Source: Calditrichia bacterium
GTDB taxonomy: Bacteria > Calditrichota > Calditrichia > RBG-13-44-9
NCBI GenBank assembly: GCA_037381445.1
Contig: JARRQT010000079.1
Span: 1-19,022, forward strand
DNA: 19,022 bases
Reading direction: 5' to 3'
A program made the translations under genes and the position numbers. Position 1 is the stretch's first letter, and every line of letters starts with the position of its first letter. The notes below the pieces were generated by a model. It was given only the letters and a program-made list of their open reading frames with translations, had not been told where the DNA came from and did not search any database. Shown piece after piece: positions 16,671 through 19,022 of the stretch.

Positions 16671-18095
16671 TCAGGCAAAAATTGATTTCAGAATATAGTA
16701 GAAAATAATGGCGCCGCCCGCCCCAACCGGTATAGTGATAATCCACGAGATCACAATATCGAGGACCGTGCGCATATTCAGGGCGCCGATTCCGCGGGCA
16801 AATCCCACCCCCAGCACCGCGCCAACCAGTGTATGGGTTGTGCTGATGGGAAGTCCCAGTTTGGAAGCGACAATGATAGTGGTGGCCGCAGCAAATTCGG
16901 CAGCAAATCCGCGGGTGGGAGTGAGTTCGGTTATCTTCTTGCCAATGGTTTCCATGACCCGCCATCCCCAGGTGGCCAGGCCGATAACAATACCCACGCC
17001 GCCCATTCCAAGGATCCACAGCGGGACCTGTGACTGCATGTTGATCACATTGGTTCTCAGCACCGAGATGATTGCAGCCAGCGGACCAACCGCATTGGCG
17101 ACATCGTTGGCGCCGTGGGCAAAGGCCACAAAACTGGCGCTCAGTACCTGCAGATAGACGAATATCCCCTGGACCGTTTTGTATTCCGAGCTGGTCTGTT
17201 CGATTTCGGTTCCCCGGGCGATATCGTCGGAAATCGTCTGCAAATCTCCCCGAATGTAATCCAACTGGTTTTTAACATCGCCCTTCGCCGAGCGGCTCAA
17301 TTTACCAACCTGCTGGACAACCCGAGGCAATCCACGGACAACCGAAAGCGGCTGTTTTACCAGTATTCTCTCCTCAACATTGATCGGCTTCAAGCGGCGC
17401 ACCAGCACCGAACTGATCAGAGCGGCAATCAAACCAATGATGATGGCAATAACCAGGGCCTGGGGAAATCCAAGGTTCAGATGAAGATTTTTCAGTCCTT
17501 TGAAGACCATGGTCAGGGTGAGAACCAGAAAAACTACAAAAACGATGGGAGGGGTTGCCCGCTTTGCGGCGCCCACGGGATCGTGATTATAGTAAATCAT
17601 GCGGCGCAGGAAGGTGAAAATGATAAAAGCGATAGTCCCGCTGAGCACAGGCGAGATGACCCAGCTGGCGACAATGGAGCCGACTTTTGACCAGTCCGCG
17701 GCATGAATTCCGCCGACAACCACGCCAAATCCCAATACCGACCCCACGATGGAGTGGGTTGTGGAAACCGGCCAACCGAAATAGGAAGCGATCTGCAGCC
17801 AGACAGCGGCAGCCAGCAGGGCCCCAGCCATTCCGTAGACCAGATCCATCGGGTTGCCTTTAAAAATTTCAGGACTGATGATCCCCTGCCGGATGGTTTC
17901 CGAAACATTGCTGCCAACAAAAAAAGCACCTGCGAATTCGACAACGGCTGCGATAATCACGGCTCTTTTCACCGTGAGCGCTCCGGAGCCCACCGAAGTT
18001 CCCATGGCATTTGCCACATCATTGGCCCCGATGCTCCACGCCATGTAAAACCCGAAACCTATGGAAAGAATAAGCAATATAGTCTCTACACTCAT
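16671..18095 (-). CDS. Inorganic phosphate transporter, PiT family
   Basis: Both PiT signatures (IGANDVANAMGT; HGANDVANAVG), plus PVSTTH and PISTTH. Start ATG 18095, with GGAG 6 nt upstream, is preferred to TTG 18107. Confidence 0.97.
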   Translation of the reverse strand: MSVETILLILSIGFGFYMAWSIGANDVANAMGTSVGSGALTVKRAVIIAAVVEFAGAFFVGSNVSETIRQGIISPEIFKGNPMDLVYGMAGALLAAAVWLQIASYFGWPVSTTHSIVGSVLGFGVVVGGIHAADWSKVGSIVASWVISPVLSGTIAFIIFTFLRRMIYYNHDPVGAAKRATPPIVFVVFLVLTLTMVFKGLKNLHLNLGFPQALVIAIIIGLIAALISSVLVRRLKPINVEERILVKQPLSVVRGLPRVVQQVGKLSRSAKGDVKNQLDYIRGDLQTISDDIARGTEIEQTSSEYKTVQGIFVYLQVLSASFVAFAHGANDVANAVGPLAAIISVLRTNVINMQSQVPLWILGMGGVGIVIGLATWGWRVMETIGKKITELTPTRGFAAEFAAATTIIVASKLGLPISTTHTLVGAVLGVGFARGIGALNMRTVLDIVISWIITIPVGAGGAIIFYYILKSIFA

Positions 18096-18192
18096 CTTCT
18101 TCTCCAAGATATTCCATCAAACCAGTGAAAATTCATTTCGGCAGTAAATTCATGAACCAACATAATTGGATTCACTGATATTTTTTTGCACC

Positions 18193-18867
18193 TTATTTCA
18201 CTTCCAAAAGCATGCGAACCCGGTTTGCCAGTTTTTCGGAAAGATTTCCGAAAGAGGCAATAGTCTGCAAAATGTTTATCCATAACCAGAATGAGCCATA
18301 GCTGAGCTTATCCTCCAAACCGAACAATTTTTTGAGAATGGTTCGCTGAAGGATGTCCGCTTCATGCTCCATATAGGCAACTTCTTCCACCATTTCCTTG
18401 ACCTTCTCGGCTTCTTTCCCACCAAAAGAAGTTTCAAGAAGTTCATCCATTTCTCTGATCACTGCATGGGTATGGTCCACCGCCTGGATGTTTTTATCCA
18501 AAAAAGCCTTTAGATCTTTCTCCATTCCTTCCAGCGGCTTCAGCTTCTTCAGAGTCATCAGGCCGGCAACATCCTCCGCCCGGTCTGCAATGGTATCCTG
18601 AATGCCAAGTATTTCCAGAAGGTCTCCACGATTCACCGCCAGAAATATACCTTTGGGCAAATTATTGCGAATTTCATTTTTGGTGAGATCCGCCATATGC
18701 TCCAGTTGTGAGACTTCTTCTTTCAATCCATTAATTTTATCGAAATCTCCCTCAACATAGGCGCTATACAGCTCCTCCAGTTTGTGAACGCAGCCGGCCA
18801 CTTTTTCCATATGAATTTGAAGGGGGGAAAAGGGCGACTTTGTAAAAAGATTTGCAAACACTCTCAT
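18193..18867 (-). CDS. DUF47 / TIGR00153 family PhoU-like phosphate transport accessory protein
   Basis: KSPFSPLQIHM, repeated LEHMAD / MEHEAD motifs, QDTIADRAEDVA. All-helical and directly upstream of PiT. Start ATG 18867 has AAGGAG upstream. Confidence 0.94.
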   Translation of the reverse strand: MRVFANLFTKSPFSPLQIHMEKVAGCVHKLEELYSAYVEGDFDKINGLKEEVSQLEHMADLTKNEIRNNLPKGIFLAVNRGDLLEILGIQDTIADRAEDVAGLMTLKKLKPLEGMEKDLKAFLDKNIQAVDHTHAVIREMDELLETSFGGKEAEKVKEMVEEVAYMEHEADILQRTILKKLFGLEDKLSYGSFWLWINILQTIASFGNLSEKLANRVRMLLEVK

Positions 18868-18910
18868 GACAACACACTCCTTCCGGCGGTTAATCAAAAT
18901 TTAAGGTCCA

Positions 18911-18940
18911 AATGTAGCCATAGAATTCCCTTTTCTGCAA
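18911..18940 (-). promoter_or_regulatory. Putative promoter of the DUF47-PiT operon
   Basis: Minus strand TTGCAG (18940-18935), 18-nt spacer, TACATT (18916-18911). Confidence 0.4.
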
Positions 18941-19022
18941 AATGAAACTTTTTTAATTGCCCATCATTTTGGCGGATAAAAATATCCATCATTTATCATT
19001 ATGGATTCTCTCACTGTAAATA

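Noticed and set aside
16560..16673. PiT TGA stop followed at once by a hairpin with a GGTCT-containing apex, suggesting SECIS/selenocysteine readthrough
   Set aside because: PiT ends at a normal position after its last TM helix. The roughly 34-codon extension has no redox-motif context, and PiT selenoproteins are not known to me. A 3' stabilising or terminating hairpin between convergent genes is simpler.
16288..17019. 243-aa minus-strand ORF
   Set aside because: It is an alternative frame of PiT that also overlaps the Fe-S gene antisense, with a composition typical of off-frame translation. The other short overlapping ORFs in the track were rejected for the same reason.
18961..19006. ccatcattt repeats upstream of DUF47 as a Pho or Fur box
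   Set aside because: The 25-bp period does not fit the 11-bp Pho-box repeat, the match to the Fur 19-mer is only about 11/19, and the context is cut off by the window edge.

Overview
This is an ordinary-looking chromosomal region of a diderm bacterium, carrying 13 supported CDSs. On the + strand are a 5'-truncated Lon protease, then a tightly packed glutaryl-CoA-dehydrogenase-like gene, a REC-HD-GYP response regulator and a spore-photoproduct-lyase-like radical SAM gene. Next is a stand-alone dTDP-glucose 4,6-dehydratase (-), divergent from a TetR-TolC-MFP-RND efflux operon with a tandem operator. A convergent MFS exporter (-) follows, then a gamma-carbonic anhydrase, an 18-cysteine Fe-S protein of unknown function, and a DUF47 + PiT phosphate transport pair (-). 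I see no rRNA, tRNA, CRISPR array, mobile element or recognisable defence system, and I cannot claim a new system. The best leads are: (i) the SPL-like radical SAM enzyme with altered radical-relay residues and extra cysteines, in an odd operon; (ii) a multi-hairpin, strand-biased element in the MFS/gamma-CA intergenic region that may be a regulatory RNA; (iii) the Cys-rich Fe-S protein. All calls come from motif reading by eye. Reference residue numbers are recalled from memory, and no database searches were run.
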